A stretch of 57,412 nt of DNA from Prorocentrum cordatum (taxonomy: Eukaryota), in the NCBI GenBank assembly GCA_963575745.1, contig CAUYUJ010000030.1, positions 62,001-119,412 of the forward strand, written 5' to 3'. Of the stretch, positions 33,989-46,865 are shown piece after piece. The first letter of the stretch is position 1, and the number at the start of each line of letters is the position of its first letter. The translations under genes and the position numbers were made by a program. The notes under the pieces are model-generated. The model had not been told where the DNA came from. It saw nothing but the letters and a program-made list of their open reading frames with translations, and did not search any database.

Positions 33989-34261
33989 TATACTCGGCCG
34001 CTCAAGCCCGAGACCCTCCTTTGCCTCCCGTTCGTTCTGAGTGAAGCCCACAAGCCGTGACATCGATGCCGCGGTGGAGACCGCTCAGCCCATTCAAGGC
34101 CACTATACTGTTTAAGTGTGCAGCCACCGACCACGTGGTGGTTCAGACGGTCACTGACAGCATTCGCCTTGCGCTGGCCGAACACACAATGTTGTGTCAC
34201 GCGGCCTGGGCATGCCACCAGGTTACTCTTACAAGGAAATTGGCTCGGGACCATCGGCTTG

Positions 34262-36357
34262 CACCAGACCACCCCAACCAACCCGAAGACCCGAATCTGA
34301 CCCGAATTTCGGGTTGGGGGGGTTCGGGTTCCATTGTTTGTCCCAGCCATCCTGTGGTGTTGGGTCCTCGTTTTGAAGAGACGGTGCCCTGCGTCTCCTC
34401 CTCCTTCCTTCCTTCCTCCTCCCTCCTCCCTCCTCCAATCATCATCACGATCATCATCATCATCACCCGTTTCTTCACACCCAACACACGTTTTGTGACC
34501 CCGTAGGGACCTCCACCGACGGTCGCAGTGCCACCGCCCGCATGCGTCACGCACCACCCAATACAGCGCTTCGTGGCCCCATAGGGAGCTCCACCGACGG
34601 CCCCAATGCCACCGCCCGAATGCGTCACGTACCACCCAGTACAGCGCTTCGTGGCCCCATATGGAGTTCCACCGACGGCCCCAGTGCCACCGCTCGCATG
34701 CGTCACGCACCACCCAGTACAGCGTTTCGTGGCCCTATAGGGAGCTCCACCGAAGGTCCCAGTGGGACAGCCCGCATGCGTCACGCACCACCCAGTACAG
34801 CGTTTCGTTGCCCCATAGGGAGCCCAACCGAAAGCCACAGTGGCACCGCCTGCATGCGCCACGCACCACCCAGCACACCGATTCGTGACCCCGTAGGGAG
34901 CTCCACCCGAGGCCCCAATGGGACCGCCCGCATGCTTCACGCACCACCCAATACAGCGCTCCGTGGCCCCATAGAGAGCTCCACCGACGGCCCCAGTGGC
35001 ACCGCCCGCATGCTTCACGCACCACCCACTACAGCGCTTCGTGGCCCCATAGTGAGCTCCACTGACGGCCCCAGTGGCACCGCCCGCATGCTTCACGCAT
35101 CACCCAGTACAGCGTTCCGTGGCCCAATAGGGAGCTCCGCCGAAGGCCCCAGCGCTACCGCCCGCATGCGCCCCCCCCACCCAGTACAGCCCACCGACGG
35201 CCCCAGCGGCGGTGTCCGCATGCGTTCCCCCCACCCAGTGCAGCGCTTCGTGGCCCCATAGGGAGCCCCACCGAAAGTCCCAGTAGGACCGTCCGCATGC
35301 GCCCCGCACACCCAGCACAGCGATTCGTGGCACCCACCGAAGGTCCCGCCCGCATGCGCCCCCCCACCCAGTGCAGCGCTTCGTGGCTCCATAGGGAGCT
35401 CCACCGACGGCCCCAGTGGCACCGTCCGCATGCTATTCCCATCGTGGCCTTCTTGGGACCTCCACCGAAGGCCCCATTGCCCCTTTCCGCATGCGCCTCC
35501 CCCACCCAGTACAACGTTTCGGGGCATCTGACGCAGCTCACCAAAGGCCCCAGTGGCACCGTCCGCATGCGACCCCCCCACCCAATACAGCGCTTCGTGG
35601 CCCCATAGGGAGCTCCGCCGAATGCCCCAATGGAGCCGCCCGCATGCGTTTCCCCCACCCAGTGCCACGTTTCGTGGCTCCATACGGAGCTCCACCGAAG
35701 GCCCCAATGGCACCGTCCGCACGCGTCTCCCCCACCCAGTACAACGTTTCGGGGCCCCTTACGGAGCTCCACCGAAGGCCCCGATGGAACCGTCCGCATG
35801 CGTCTCCCCACCGGCCCCATTGGGAGCCCCACCGAAGGCCTCAATGGCACCGTCCACATTGCGCCCCCCCCACCCAGTACAGCACTTCATGGCCCTATAG
35901 GGAGCTCCACAGAAGGCCCCAGTGGCAAAGTCCACATGCGTTTCCCCCACCCAGTGCAGCGTTTCGTGGCCCATCGGGGGCTCCACCGAATGCCCCACTG
36001 GCACAATTCGCATGCGTCTCCCCCACCCAGCACAGCGTTTCATGGCCCATAGGGGGTTCCACCCAAGGCCCCAACGGCAAAGTTCGCATGCGTTTCTCCA
36101 CCGAGTACAGCGTTTCGTGGCCCCTTACGCTGCTCCACCGAAGGCCCCTGACAAAGTTCGCATGCGTCTCCTCCACCCAGTGCAGCGTTTCGTGGCCCAT
36201 AGGGAGCTCCACCGAAGACGATACCCACAACTGCGGTACTCACAACTGCGTATGGTTGGGTCCTTCGCCAGGCTAATTTTCAAACGTTCCCCGACCACCC
36301 CCAACTGGAAATGGAGGACATATTGAAGCCTTCGGGTTGGGTTGGGGTGATTTGGTG
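34262..36357. mobile_element. Small TIR element (~27-bp inverted repeats) interrupted by family B copy 1
   Basis: CACCAGACCACCCCAACCAACCCGAAG (34262-34288) pairs with CTTCGGGTTGGGTTGGGGTGATTTGGTG (36330-36357). Confidence 0.55.
34339..36280 (+). mobile_element. HINE-like element, family B, copy 1, with a 78-bp tandem array (~20 units, 34490-36218)
   Basis: 5' CCCAGCCAT (34342-34350) pairs with 3' ATGGTTGGG (36252-36260), which is followed by TCCTTCGCCAGGCTAATTTT. The array unit is CCCATAGGGAGCTCCACCGACGGCCCCAGTGGCACCGCCCGCATGCG..., spaced 78 nt. Confidence 0.7.
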
Positions 36358-36482
36358 GGTGGTGACATACATGCTGGCACGCCCCAATCGCATACATCCT
36401 GTTGCGGGCCAGCCCACTACAGGTATAGCTTTTGGAAACAGCCGCAGGGAGACCAGAAACCGTGGGGCCGCGCACGAGCTGG

Positions 36483-38557
36483 AAAAAAACACACATCCTG
36501 GCGAGGGACTCAAGAATACGCAAGTGCTGTACCGCAAGACAGGTAGGACGCAAGAGGGGGAGCTACCTAGGGGGCCACGAGACATGTGAGGAAGATGCCG
36601 CAATGAAAGACAGGGGCCTTCAGTGGAACTCCTTATGTGGCCACGAAACGTGTGAGATGCGTGCCGACATGATACGCGGGGACGCATGCGGACGCAGCCA
36701 CTGGGGCCTTGGGTGGAGCACCCAGTGGGGCTGCGAAACGTTTGAGGGGCGTGCAGAAGTGAAAGGCGGTGGCGCATCAGGACGCAACCACTCGGGCCTT
36801 CGGTGGAACTCCCTGTAAGGCCACGGAATGTGTAAGGGGAGCGCCGGAATGAAAGGCGGAGACACAGCCATTATGGCCTTCGGTGGAGATCTCCAAGGGG
36901 ACACGACACGTGCGAAGGGCGTGCCGAAGTGAAAGGCGGAGGCGCACAGGGACGCAGCCACTGGCGCGTTCGGTGGAGCCCCTTATGAGGCCACGAAATT
37001 AATGAGGGACATCCCGCCATGAGAGTCCGGGGCGCATAGGGGCGCAGCCATTGGGGCCATAGCTCCCTGTGGGGCCACGAAACGTGTGAGGGGCTTGCCG
37101 AAGTGAAAGGCGGTGGCGCATAGGGACGCAGCCACTGGGGCCTTTGATGAAACTCCCCCTATAGTGCCACGAAACGTGTGAAGGATCTGCCAACATGAAA
37201 CGCGGCGACGCTAAGGGCCTCAGCCACGGGGGCCTTCGGTGAAGCCCCCATATGGTGCCACGAAGCGCGTGAAGGGTGTGCTGATGTGAATGGCGGAAAC
37301 GCTTAGGGACGCAGCGACTATGGCTTTGGGTGGAGCCCCCTATGGTACCACGAAGCGTGTGAAGGGTGCGCTGACAGGACAGGCGGAGACGCCTCGGGAC
37401 GCAGCCACTGGGGCCTTCGTTGGAGCTCCCCATGGGGCCAAGAAACGTGTGAGGGGTGCACCGAAATTAGAGGCAGGGGCGTGCCGGCATCAAAAGGGGC
37501 GCAGTCACTGAGGCCTTCGGTGAAGTTCCCTTTGGCAACGAATGTATGAGGCTGTACCGAGTTGAGCGACGGGGACGTGCCGAGACGCAGTCATTGAAGC
37601 CTTCGGTGCACGAAGTGTGTGAGTGGTGCGCCGAACTGGATCGCAGCCGGTGGAGCTTTCGTTGGAGCTGCCTGTGGTGCCACGAAGCGTGTGAGGTGTG
37701 TGCTGGCATGAATACACACGCACGCAGCCAGTTGGGCCTTCGGTGAAGTTTCCGCCATGAAACGTGCGACGCTATACCATAATGGAGGGCGGGGGCGCGT
37801 CGAGACGCAGCCTCTGAAACCTTCGTTGGAGCTGACCATGATTTTGTTTTTGAGCTCACCATGGAGCCACGAGACTCGTGAGTGGTGTGTCAAGATGAGA
37901 GGCGTGGACGCACAGGGACGCAACCACTGGGGCCTTCAACGTGTGAGGGGTGTGCCGAAAACGGGCTTGACACCCACATGGACGTCGCCGCTGGGGCCTT
38001 GGGTGGAGTACGGAACAAGTGCGAGGTGTGCCGACAGTATAATGGTATGGTGATGGCGATGCTAAGGATTTATGGCAATGGCGATGTGATAAGGAAGATG
38101 CTGATGGCACCCGATACTAGATAATAATATTGCTGGTGATGGTGATGGTGAGGGTGATGATGATGATGATGATGATAATGATGATGGTGATAATGCCGGT
38201 AGCAGGCATGATGTTGGTGACGGGGATGATGGTGATGGTGGTGGTGATGGTAATGCTGATGGTGATGCTGACGATGCTGACGACGATGATGATGATTATG
38301 GTGGTGATGATGCTGCTGATGATGATGATGATGATGATCATGCTGATGATGATGATAATAGTGATAGTGATGGCGAATAGCGATGATAATGGTGATGCCG
38401 ATGATGATGGTAAGGATGGCGATAACGATGGCGATGGCGACGATGATGTCAATGACGATGATGATGATGACGATGATGATAATGATGATGACGACGATGA
38501 TGCTGATGCTGGAAGTAATGGTCAAAGGGGAAGCCGGAGAGGGAGGAGGATGCGGGC

Positions 38558-38605
<48 letters not shown>

Positions 38606-38693
38606 GAAGAGGAGCTAAATAGGAAGGATGATAATGCGAGCGTTTGTTTCCCCTCAAAACGCATACCAAACACCGCAGGATGATTGGGAATAA
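36483..38693 (-). mobile_element. HINE-like element, family B, copy 2 (inverted), with a ~90-bp tandem array and a (GAT)n tract
   Basis: On the minus strand it starts TTATTCCCAATCATCCTGCGGTGTTTGGT...GTTTTGA and ends TGCGTATTCTTGAGTCCCTCGCCAGGA, matching both ends of copy 1. The array core is related to the 78-bp unit. Confidence 0.65.
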
Positions 38694-39169
38694 GTCGATA
38701 GCAGGTACCATCATGACCGCCCACTGTTGGGGAACCACCCCCCCAGCACCCATAAAATCAAAATTATTTACAGGACCTCCTGCGGGGGGACCCACAGGGG
38801 TCATTCCTTTAGTTTGACGATATTACGGTCCGTGGATGGAGCCCGGTTTGTGGCCTTTCGCCTGAGACGTCCTCAGCATTTGACTGGTTTGGCCCCAAGG
38901 GTTGGCCTGACTTGGCCTGGTTTGATTTGGCCGGGGGCGCCCACCTGACACACCCACACAACTCGCCTCGTTTGGCCCCTGGTTTGGCCTGGTTTTGGGC
39001 CGGTTTCGCCTGACACGTCGTCACACTTTGCTTGGGTTGGTTGTGCTTGAGACCTCCTCACAAGTTGCCCAGTTTGCCTTGGCTTCGGCGCCGTTTCGCC
39101 TGAGACGTTCTTACAATGTGTTTTCGCCTAAAGCGTGCTCGCGATTCCCCTGTTTGTGGTGCAAGCCCA

Positions 39170-40640
39170 CATCGTCGTAAGCTGCGCGGTGTATGCTATG
39201 TGGTGCAAGGTATGTTGCGGAAGTTGTGTGATGAAGCTACGCAGTGAAAGCCCACGTCGTCGCAAGCTCTACGGTGCAATATGCGTGGTGCACAGTAAAT
39301 GGTAGAAGCTTTGTGGTGCAAGCTATGGGGTGCAAACTCAGTTGCCAAACTTGAAGTTGACAACTCCACTGCTCGCGCGATCACCCCACCCACCCACCCG
39401 CAACTTGGTTTGCAAAACCCATGCGGGGGCGAATGAGATGAGTGCTGGGTGTTGATTGCTGCGTCTCTGCGGCCGCGCTAGCCCGCGGATGCTCGCGCGC
39501 GCAGCGGCCAGCTAGTTCGGCGCGACCGACGCGAGCGCGGTGGCGCTGACCGCTCGGCACATCCCAGCGGGCACTTCAGTGCGAGCCGGCGACTTGGACG
39601 GGCGCGGTATCATGGCAACGTCGACGACGGCAGACACGATGATGATAGTAGCGATGCTGGCGACGATGCTGACAGCGACGACGGGGCAGCCAGTGACGCC
39701 GCCGATGCTGATCACGCCGACGACGATGACGGCGCCTTCGCGTCGGTGATGGATGTTTTGGAAGGAATTCGAAATGCGCGAGCGGCAGACGCGCGAGAGT
39801 GGCTCGCATGGTATTATTCGACACGGATCGTGCCACCCCAGCACGCGCGCAAGGGCGTTCGGACGATTTCGACATGCGCGCGCGCGCGAAGCCCGTTTGG
39901 TAGCATGTTATGACCTGCTGAGAAAACTTACGGTTTTCTCAAGAATTCGCAAGAACGCGCGCGCGCACGTTTTTTCCTTGTTTTTGGGGGAACCCGTGTT
40001 GCGAAACCGTGTGCTTTTATATGTCTTTTGGACAATAGATCTTGAAGGAAGGACTTCGGCATGCGCGCGCGACGACGCGCGCGCGCACTGCGTCCCATTT
40101 GTTGCAAGAGATTCTCGCGACGGCACGCGCGCAAAGGCGTTCGAACGATTTCGGCATGCGCGCGCGAAGCCCCTAATGGTAGCAGTTTACGAAAACGCTG
40201 AAAAAAAGCAAAAACACTAAGAATGTGGCTTCTAAAGGTTTCGCAAGAACGCGCGCGCACGTTTTTTCTTGTTTGTGAATCCGTGTCGCGAGACCCTGTG
40301 TTTATGTGCTGTTTGGGCACTCGATCTTTAATCCTTCCGAAACCGACACGGTTCTTGAAGGATTTCGGCATGCGCGCGCGACGACGCGCGCGTGTGCACT
40401 TCGTCCCATTGTTCGCAAGGGATGTCTGAAAACGTATGGTTTTGATAAACGAGTGTGCGCGCATAGTATTTGTTGCAGAAGATGGCGGGGGTGGCGATAC
40501 CTGTTTGGTTGGGATGCTATGAATTCGCAGGTAGGCTGGACATTTGGTCAGAATCACATGCACATTGCAATGCGAAAAAGTGAATTTAACCCCCGGGGGG
40601 GAGGGTGGTAGAACCTATCTATTTTTAAGGAAGGAAAATC
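39170..40640 (+). repeat. Family C composite repeat, second copy
   Basis: Aligns with 21170-22495 and ends GGGGGGAGGGTGGTAGAACCTAYCTATTTTTA, as at ~22453-22486. Confidence 0.8.
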
Positions 40641-41689
40641 CACACATCCTGTCGCGGCCATGGCCTGGTGTCCGGCGTTAAGAGAAAGTTCTCCCAAGCC
40701 CGTAATTGAGTACTTCATCGTGGAGTGCTCATCGTGGAATGCTTCATCGTAGAGCGTGTCCGCGCGACGTGCTCGTATGCGGCAAGCCTCCTCGTGAAGT
40801 GCTTCTTCACCGTGAAATCATCATCGTGGAGGTGCTGGGCCTCTTCGGAAACATCCTGAAAGGCTTTATCGTAATAACGTTCCGCTTCAGCGTGGTGCTC
40901 TGCTTCATCGTGGAGTGCTTCATCGTGAAGTGCTTCCTCAAGGTGCTCGTGAGCAGCGCCATTTCCACCTTTGGATGGTGGCGTCTGGTGGGCCATCATC
41001 AAGCAGCTCGCGCCGGAATGCAGCACACCCCGTGCTCGCGGGGTCGAAGATGCCGCAATGTTCTGCAAGCCTCGCAGCATGCTTTTCCGCCAGAGCCCGT
41101 AGCGTGGCCCCAGCCGACGTCAGAGCGGCATCTTGCATGTCTACTCATTCGCCACCGTCAGCAACCATTCATCACCGCTGAGTTTCATGATGGTCCGGTC
41201 CCCCTCCTGGGTGTATGTAGCAGCTGTCCCGTGGACGTTGGAAAAATCCTCCTCCTTCTCCTGGTCCTGCTACTCCTCCTGCCCCTCCTCCTCCTGCTCC
41301 TTCTCCTCCTACTCCTCCTCCTGCTCCTACTCCTCATGCTCCTCCTCCTCCTCCTCCTCTTCCTCCTCCTCCTCCTCCACAGTCTCGCCCTGATCCTCGT
41401 CGGTGTCCACCTCATCGTCGCCACCAACCCTCCTGCCCACCCACCCCCAAGCCCCAGGTGAAACCCCGAGCCACCGCGGTGGGCCCACCCCACCACCCGC
41501 ACACGCCGGCACCCTGGCACCCCGACAAGGGCGCCGCGAGCCGCGCAGTGCTCTCTGGGGCGTGGGGCGGCCTGGTCGTCCGCGGAGGCGTCCCTGGGCA
41601 GATTCCGGGAGCGAGCGAGAGAGGGGGAAGGGGGGAAGAGCGGGGGGGGGGGGAATCAGACGAAGCCAAGACAAGTTTCGGGGTTTGCA

Positions 41690-41845
41690 CAAGGTGCTCC
41701 TGGCCCAAGGTGCCCCCAGCTTGCCGCTCCCTTTTGGACCCCCTGGGCCCATTGGGCCTCGTGAGGGGTGCTCTGGAAATCGCGGGGGCCTCTCTGGAGA
41801 TCCTGGGGGCACCTTGGGCCAGAGGAACTTCTAGCAACACTCGAC
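41690..41845 (+). repeat. Dispersed ~150-bp repeat (second copy at 53015-53170)
   Basis: Both copies share CCCAAGGTGCCCCCAGCTT...GGGCCTCGTGAGGGGT...ATCCTGGGGGCACCT...CTAGCAACAC. Confidence 0.85.
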
Positions 41846-43522
41846 GACAATGACAAGTCGGACAAGGATAAATCGTGGTCCCTGAGGTCCGGCGGTTCTG
41901 GAAGATGCATCGGGCTCCGCGGCCGCTCCAGAACGTTCCCGAACCTTCTGAGGGCGTTCTGGAACGCTCTGGAGCGACTTATCCATGTCCTATAGCCCCG
42001 CCCGATGAAAAGGGGGCCTTAGCGAAAGAGCTCACGTTGCTGGCCTCCCCGGCGCATCGAGCGAAGCGAAGCCAAGCCTGCCATCGCAGGTCAGAAGCCA
42101 ACGGCACGTGCGGGTGGCAGGCGCACCGACGCTGGCGCGCGAGCCATAGGACGGACCAGAATACAGAGCTGCTTGGCTCAGTCCTTCATGCACAACACAT
42201 GCTCTCCTTCGTGTGCGTCCCACACGTCCAGATTTACAACAGTGTGAGCATACGATTCCCGATGTTTCTCAAGGGGGCGAGGGGGGTTACGGGGGGGATA
42301 CCAGAACAGCTCACGTAGCTGCTTCCCCGGACGCCTCCCGGCGCCAGGAGGCATCAATACATGTGTAAATATATAGGTGTGTATATATATATATACACAT
42401 GAAAAAACGGCGGGGTAAAAACCAGCCACGCGCAGCAGAGTTCGTAACTCCCCACTTCCCAACGCCCCACATCATGTCGTCCGAACCGAGATTTGCTCCT
42501 GCGCAGGGGAGAAAGGTTCCCTCTCCCCTGCCAGGCTTGGAAATCGGGGGCTATGGGCCAGGGGGCTCCCACTCTGGACGCGGGGAAGGGCCTCGGGTGG
42601 CGAAGCCGTGGTGGGGGCCTCGGCCGCACCCCTGCGGAAGGAAAGTTCACTGCCCTGGCTCAGGCTTGTAAGGCGCTTCTATGCACCGCCCCGGTCCGTG
42701 GCTCCCCGTGTTCGGTGCAGGCTCGTTCATCCAACGCACCTTCGTCCTCCTACTCCTCCTCTTCGGACGCCCGAAATGGGTGTAAAAGAAATGGGTACGA
42801 TGCCCAACTACAAATGTTGTCCAATACCAAAACCAGCCGCTGTTGTGCAGGCGGCCTTCTGTCTCAAATGCACAATGTCCGCGTCGACACCGACAGCAAA
42901 TCCTGTCCAAAATGAACAAGACTTGGTTTCGGTTGTTGTATATGTTCTTTCTTCGATCATCCCGAGATGGCTTCTGGTGTTTCGGAACCGTTTCCGACGG
43001 CTACCTAGGCGCCCCGGCGATCCTCGGAGTCTGAATCTGAATGCCCCTGCTTCCTGAAAGAGTTACTCGCGTTAACGATATGTGTACATTGTTGCTTGCT
43101 GTGCACGCGAAACGAAAACCACTCCTGCGCAATGAGGAGGCCCGCAACAACCGTGTCCATTCAGCGTGGCCAAGACTCGAGCAATGGAGGCCTCGACGCG
43201 AGAGCGCCACTCGCATGAAGCATCTTGCCGCTGACAAGTCAGATTGCTACCCTGCGAGCGTGATCGAAATCCCGATGACCACATATATCCACAGGACGGA
43301 ACTGACAGAAGCTGCAATAGCTTGGTACACCAGGCATCGATACAGTGCTAATGCGTATACACGTGACTTCCTAGAGTGACATGTAAACTTGTACTGGACT
43401 GAGTCATGTTACGATGCGAACTCGTCCCTGCGACAAGTCGTACTCGTACTCCTGGTGTCCGACGTCGTCCGTGTTGTTCCCATTGTGCCCGCGGGTACCC
43501 AAAGTGTAGTTCCGATAAACAT

Positions 43523-44110
43523 GTTCCCAACCCTCCTGTGCTACTGGGTCTTTGTATTGAATCAGCAGCGCCCCGCGTGACTCCTCCGCTTCCTTCCTCC
43601 TTATCATCCTCCTGCTCCTCCCCCTCTCGACCTTGCATATGTTTTCCGCACGCCCCAATTCCCATCGCAAGCATAATCGCTGTCACCATCCCCAGCATGA
43701 TCCACATCGTCCTGGTCATCATCCTCATCTTCTTTAGTTTCAGCAACGTCGTCTTCACCGTCATCATCACCCTCATCCCCATCATCACCATCACCATCAC
43801 CATCAACATCATCATCAACAGCATCACCATCACCATCGTCACCAACACCACTCACCACCATCATACACGCATCGAGGCCCCAAAGGGAGCCCAAAGGAGG
43901 CCCCAGCGCGTGCGCCCACACGCGGTCCCCACGCCCCATGTCGGCACACCCCTCCCTCACACGGACCGCAGCAGCATAGGAAGCTCCACCGGAAAGTCCC
44001 AGTGGGTCCACACGCGGTCCCCCCACCCACGTCGGCACACCCCGCACACGCTTCGGGATCCCATTGGGAGCTCCACCAGAGGTCGTGGATGCGTCCACCT
44101 GCGGTCCCCC
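43523..44110 (+). mobile_element. Family B, copy 3: degenerate 5' portion
   Basis: GTTCCCAACCCTCCTGTGCTACTGGGTCTTTGTATTGAA resembles the start of copy 1. It is followed by (CCT)/(CAT) tracts and GAGCTCCACC array remnants. Confidence 0.5.
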
Positions 44111-44222
44111 CGCCTCCTCCTCCTTCGCCTCTTCCTCCTCCTCCAGAATTACTCAATATGAATACTCTCCCTCTTCCCCTGATGACGTCTCGGGAGTAGC
44201 CCCCCCCCCCCCCCGCGCGGTG

Positions 44223-46275
44223 TTTTTACCTAACAGCGAAGACTGATAGGTTCTAATGGTGTCAAAAGAAGCATCTGATGACTCAGAAGGGAGGTCTGGG
44301 CGGCATCCGGACAGCGAGGGCCGGGCTCAGGGCCGGGCTCGTTTTAAGCAAACAGTCACACACTTCGTGCTCTTCGACCTCCCAGAACTCCATTCCCGGG
44401 CCACATTTTGAATGCCCGGAGCCAACTGTAGGCCACTTCGTGCTCTTCGACTTCCCAGAACTCCATTCCCGGGCCACATTTTGGATGCCCGGATCTAACT
44501 GTAGGCCACTTCGTGCTCTTGGACTTCCCAGAACTCCATTCCCGGGCCACATTTTGAATGCCCGGAGCCAACTGTAGGCCACTTCGTGCTCTTGGACTTC
44601 CCAGAACACCATTCCCGGGCCACATTTTGAATGCCCGGAGCCAACTGTAGGCCACTTCGTGGTCTTCGAGCTCCCAGAACTCCATTCCTGGGCCACATTT
44701 TGAATGCCCGGAGCCAACTGTAGGCCACTTCGTGGTCTTCGAGTTCCCAGAACTCCATTCCTGGGCATGATTTTGAATGCCCGGAGCCAACTGTAGGCCA
44801 CTTCGTGGTCTTCGAGTTCCCAGAACTCCATTCCTGGGCATGATTTTGAATGCCCGGAGCCAACTGTAGGCCACTTCGTGTTCTTCGAGTTCCCTGAACT
44901 CCATTCCCCGGCCACATTTTGAATGCTGAGGCAGCTGAGGCTGATGCAGGCTGAGGCTGAGGCAGGCTGAGGCTGAAGGCAGCTGAGGCTGAAGCAGGCT
45001 GAGGCTGAGCAGGCTGAGGCTGAGGCTGAGGCAGGCTGATGCTGAGGCAGGCTGAGGCTGAGGCTGAGGCAGGCTGAGGCAGCTGAGGCTGAGGCTGAGG
45101 CTGAAGGCAGACTGAGGCTGAGGCTGAAGGCAGGCTGAGGCTGAGGCTGAGGCAGGCTGAGGCTGAGGCTGAGGCTGATGAGGCTGATGCAGGCTGAGGC
45201 TGAGGCAGGCTGAGGCTGAGGCCGAGGCTGAAGGCAGACTGAGGCTGAGGCTGAAGCAGGCTGAGGCTGAGGCTGAGGCAGGCTGAGGCTGAGGCTGAGG
45301 CAGGCTGAGCTGAGGCAGGCTGAGGCTGAGGCTGAGGCAGGGTGAGGCTGAGGCAGGCTGAGGCTGAGGCCGAGGCTGAAGGCAGACTGAGGCTGAGGCT
45401 GAAGCAGGCTGAGGCTGAGGCTGAGGCAGGCTGAGGCTGAGGCTGAGGCAGGCTGAGGCTGAGGCAGGCTGAGGCTGAGGCTGAGGCTGAGGCAGGCTGA
45501 GGCTGAGGCAGGCTGAGGCTGAGGCCGAGGCTGAAGGCAGACTGAGGCTGAGGCTGAAGCAGGCTGAGGCTGAGGCTGAGGCAGGCTGAGGCTGAGGCTG
45601 AGGCAGGCTGATGCTGAGGCAGGCTGAGGCTGAGGCTGAGGCTGATGCAGGCTGAGGCTGAGGCAGGCTGAGGCTGAGGCCGAGGCTGAAGGCAGACTGA
45701 GGCTGAGGCTGAAGCAGGCTGAGGCTGAGGCTGAGGCAGGCTGAGGCTGAGGCTGAGGCAGGCTGAGGCTGAGGCTGAGGCTGAGGCTGAGGCTGAGGCA
45801 GGGTGAGGCTGAGGCAGGCTGAGGCTGAGGCCGAGGCTGAAGGCAGCTGAGGCTGAAGCAGGCTGAGGCTGAGGCTGAGGCAGGCTGAGGCTGAGGCTGA
45901 GGCTGAGGCTGAGGCTGAGGCTGAGGCTGAGGCTGAGGCAGGCTGAGGCTGAGGCAGGCTGAGGCTGAGGCTGAGGCCGATGCAGGCTGAGGCTGAGGCA
46001 GGCTGAGGCTGAGGCCGAGGCTGAAGGCAGACTGAGGCTGAGGCTGAAGCAGGCTGAGGCTGAGGCTGAGGCAGGCTGAGGCTGAGGCTGAGGCTGAGGC
46101 TGAGGCTGAGGCTGTGACTGCGACTGCCGTTGCCGCTGCGACTTTCATCGCGAATGCGACTGCGACTGCGAGAACAGCAGAATTCTACAACTGGATTCTC
46201 ATGTGAATCTTAAGGGGAATGCTTCCAAATATGCTCCTACACATCGCTGTTAGGTTGCTTTGCCGGGATAATTTT
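44223..46275 (+). mobile_element. Helentron/HINE-like element, family A, short non-coding copy
   Basis: TTTTT-ACCTAACAGCGA (44228-44239) and TCGCTGTTAGGT (46244-46255) form a perfect 12-bp inverted repeat, followed by TGCTTTGCCGGGATAATTTT. It contains about 8 copies of the 73-bp unit (44352-44924) and ~1.2 kb of (GAGGCT)n. Confidence 0.75.
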
Positions 46276-46364
46276 ACACACAGGTTTCCCCGGAGTTGGG
46301 CTTTCGCCTGCATTTGTTCCCAAAATGCTGCTCTCGCTGGGGCGCCGGCTTCATTTTCGGGCCC

Positions 46365-46865
46365 CACTCGTTCCGAATCGTGCTCCCGCTGCAGCGCTGG
46401 CATCATTTCCGCCGGCGCCCGTTTCGGCCAGCGCCGGAAAATCGTGTTCCGAGGCGGCGCCGAAAAAAGGCTATTCCAATACACATTTTTCTTTTGAAAA
46501 TGCTGAATTTCTGCTTCCGGCGCCCAGGCCTCCCGGGCCGATTCCGACGCCCGGGCCGGCGCCCGAGCCGGCGCCCGGGCCGGACGCCCGAGCCCGCAGG
46601 CCAGCGCTCGGGCCGGGTCCGGAGCCGGTTCCGGCCGGCGCCGGAAAATCGAGTTCCGAGGCGGCGCCGAAAAAAGGCCATTCCAATACACAATTTTCTT
46701 TTGAAATGCTGAATTCCTGCCTCTGGCGCCCGGGAAGCCTCCCGGGCCGATTCCGGCGTGCTTCCGCTCGTTCCGAATCGCTCCCGCTGCAGCGCTGGCC
46801 TCATTTCCGCGCTTCCGCTCGTTTCGACTCGTGCTCCCGCTGCAGCGCTGGCGTCATTTCCCGTG
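46365..46865. repeat. GC-rich local duplications
   Basis: GCGCCGGAAAATCGWGTTCCGAGGCGGCGCCGAAAAAAGGC occurs twice (~46431, ~46639) and GCTCCCGCTGCAGCGCTGGC three times. Confidence 0.75.

Noticed and set aside
33865..34713. N-terminal extension of ORF 33448-34713
   Set aside because: It runs through repeat A1, out of the element and into the satellite. Only the part from ATG 33864 was accepted.
44283..46148. 621-aa SASASA/QPQP ORF
   Set aside because: Translation of the (GAGGCT)n tract and the 73-bp satellite.
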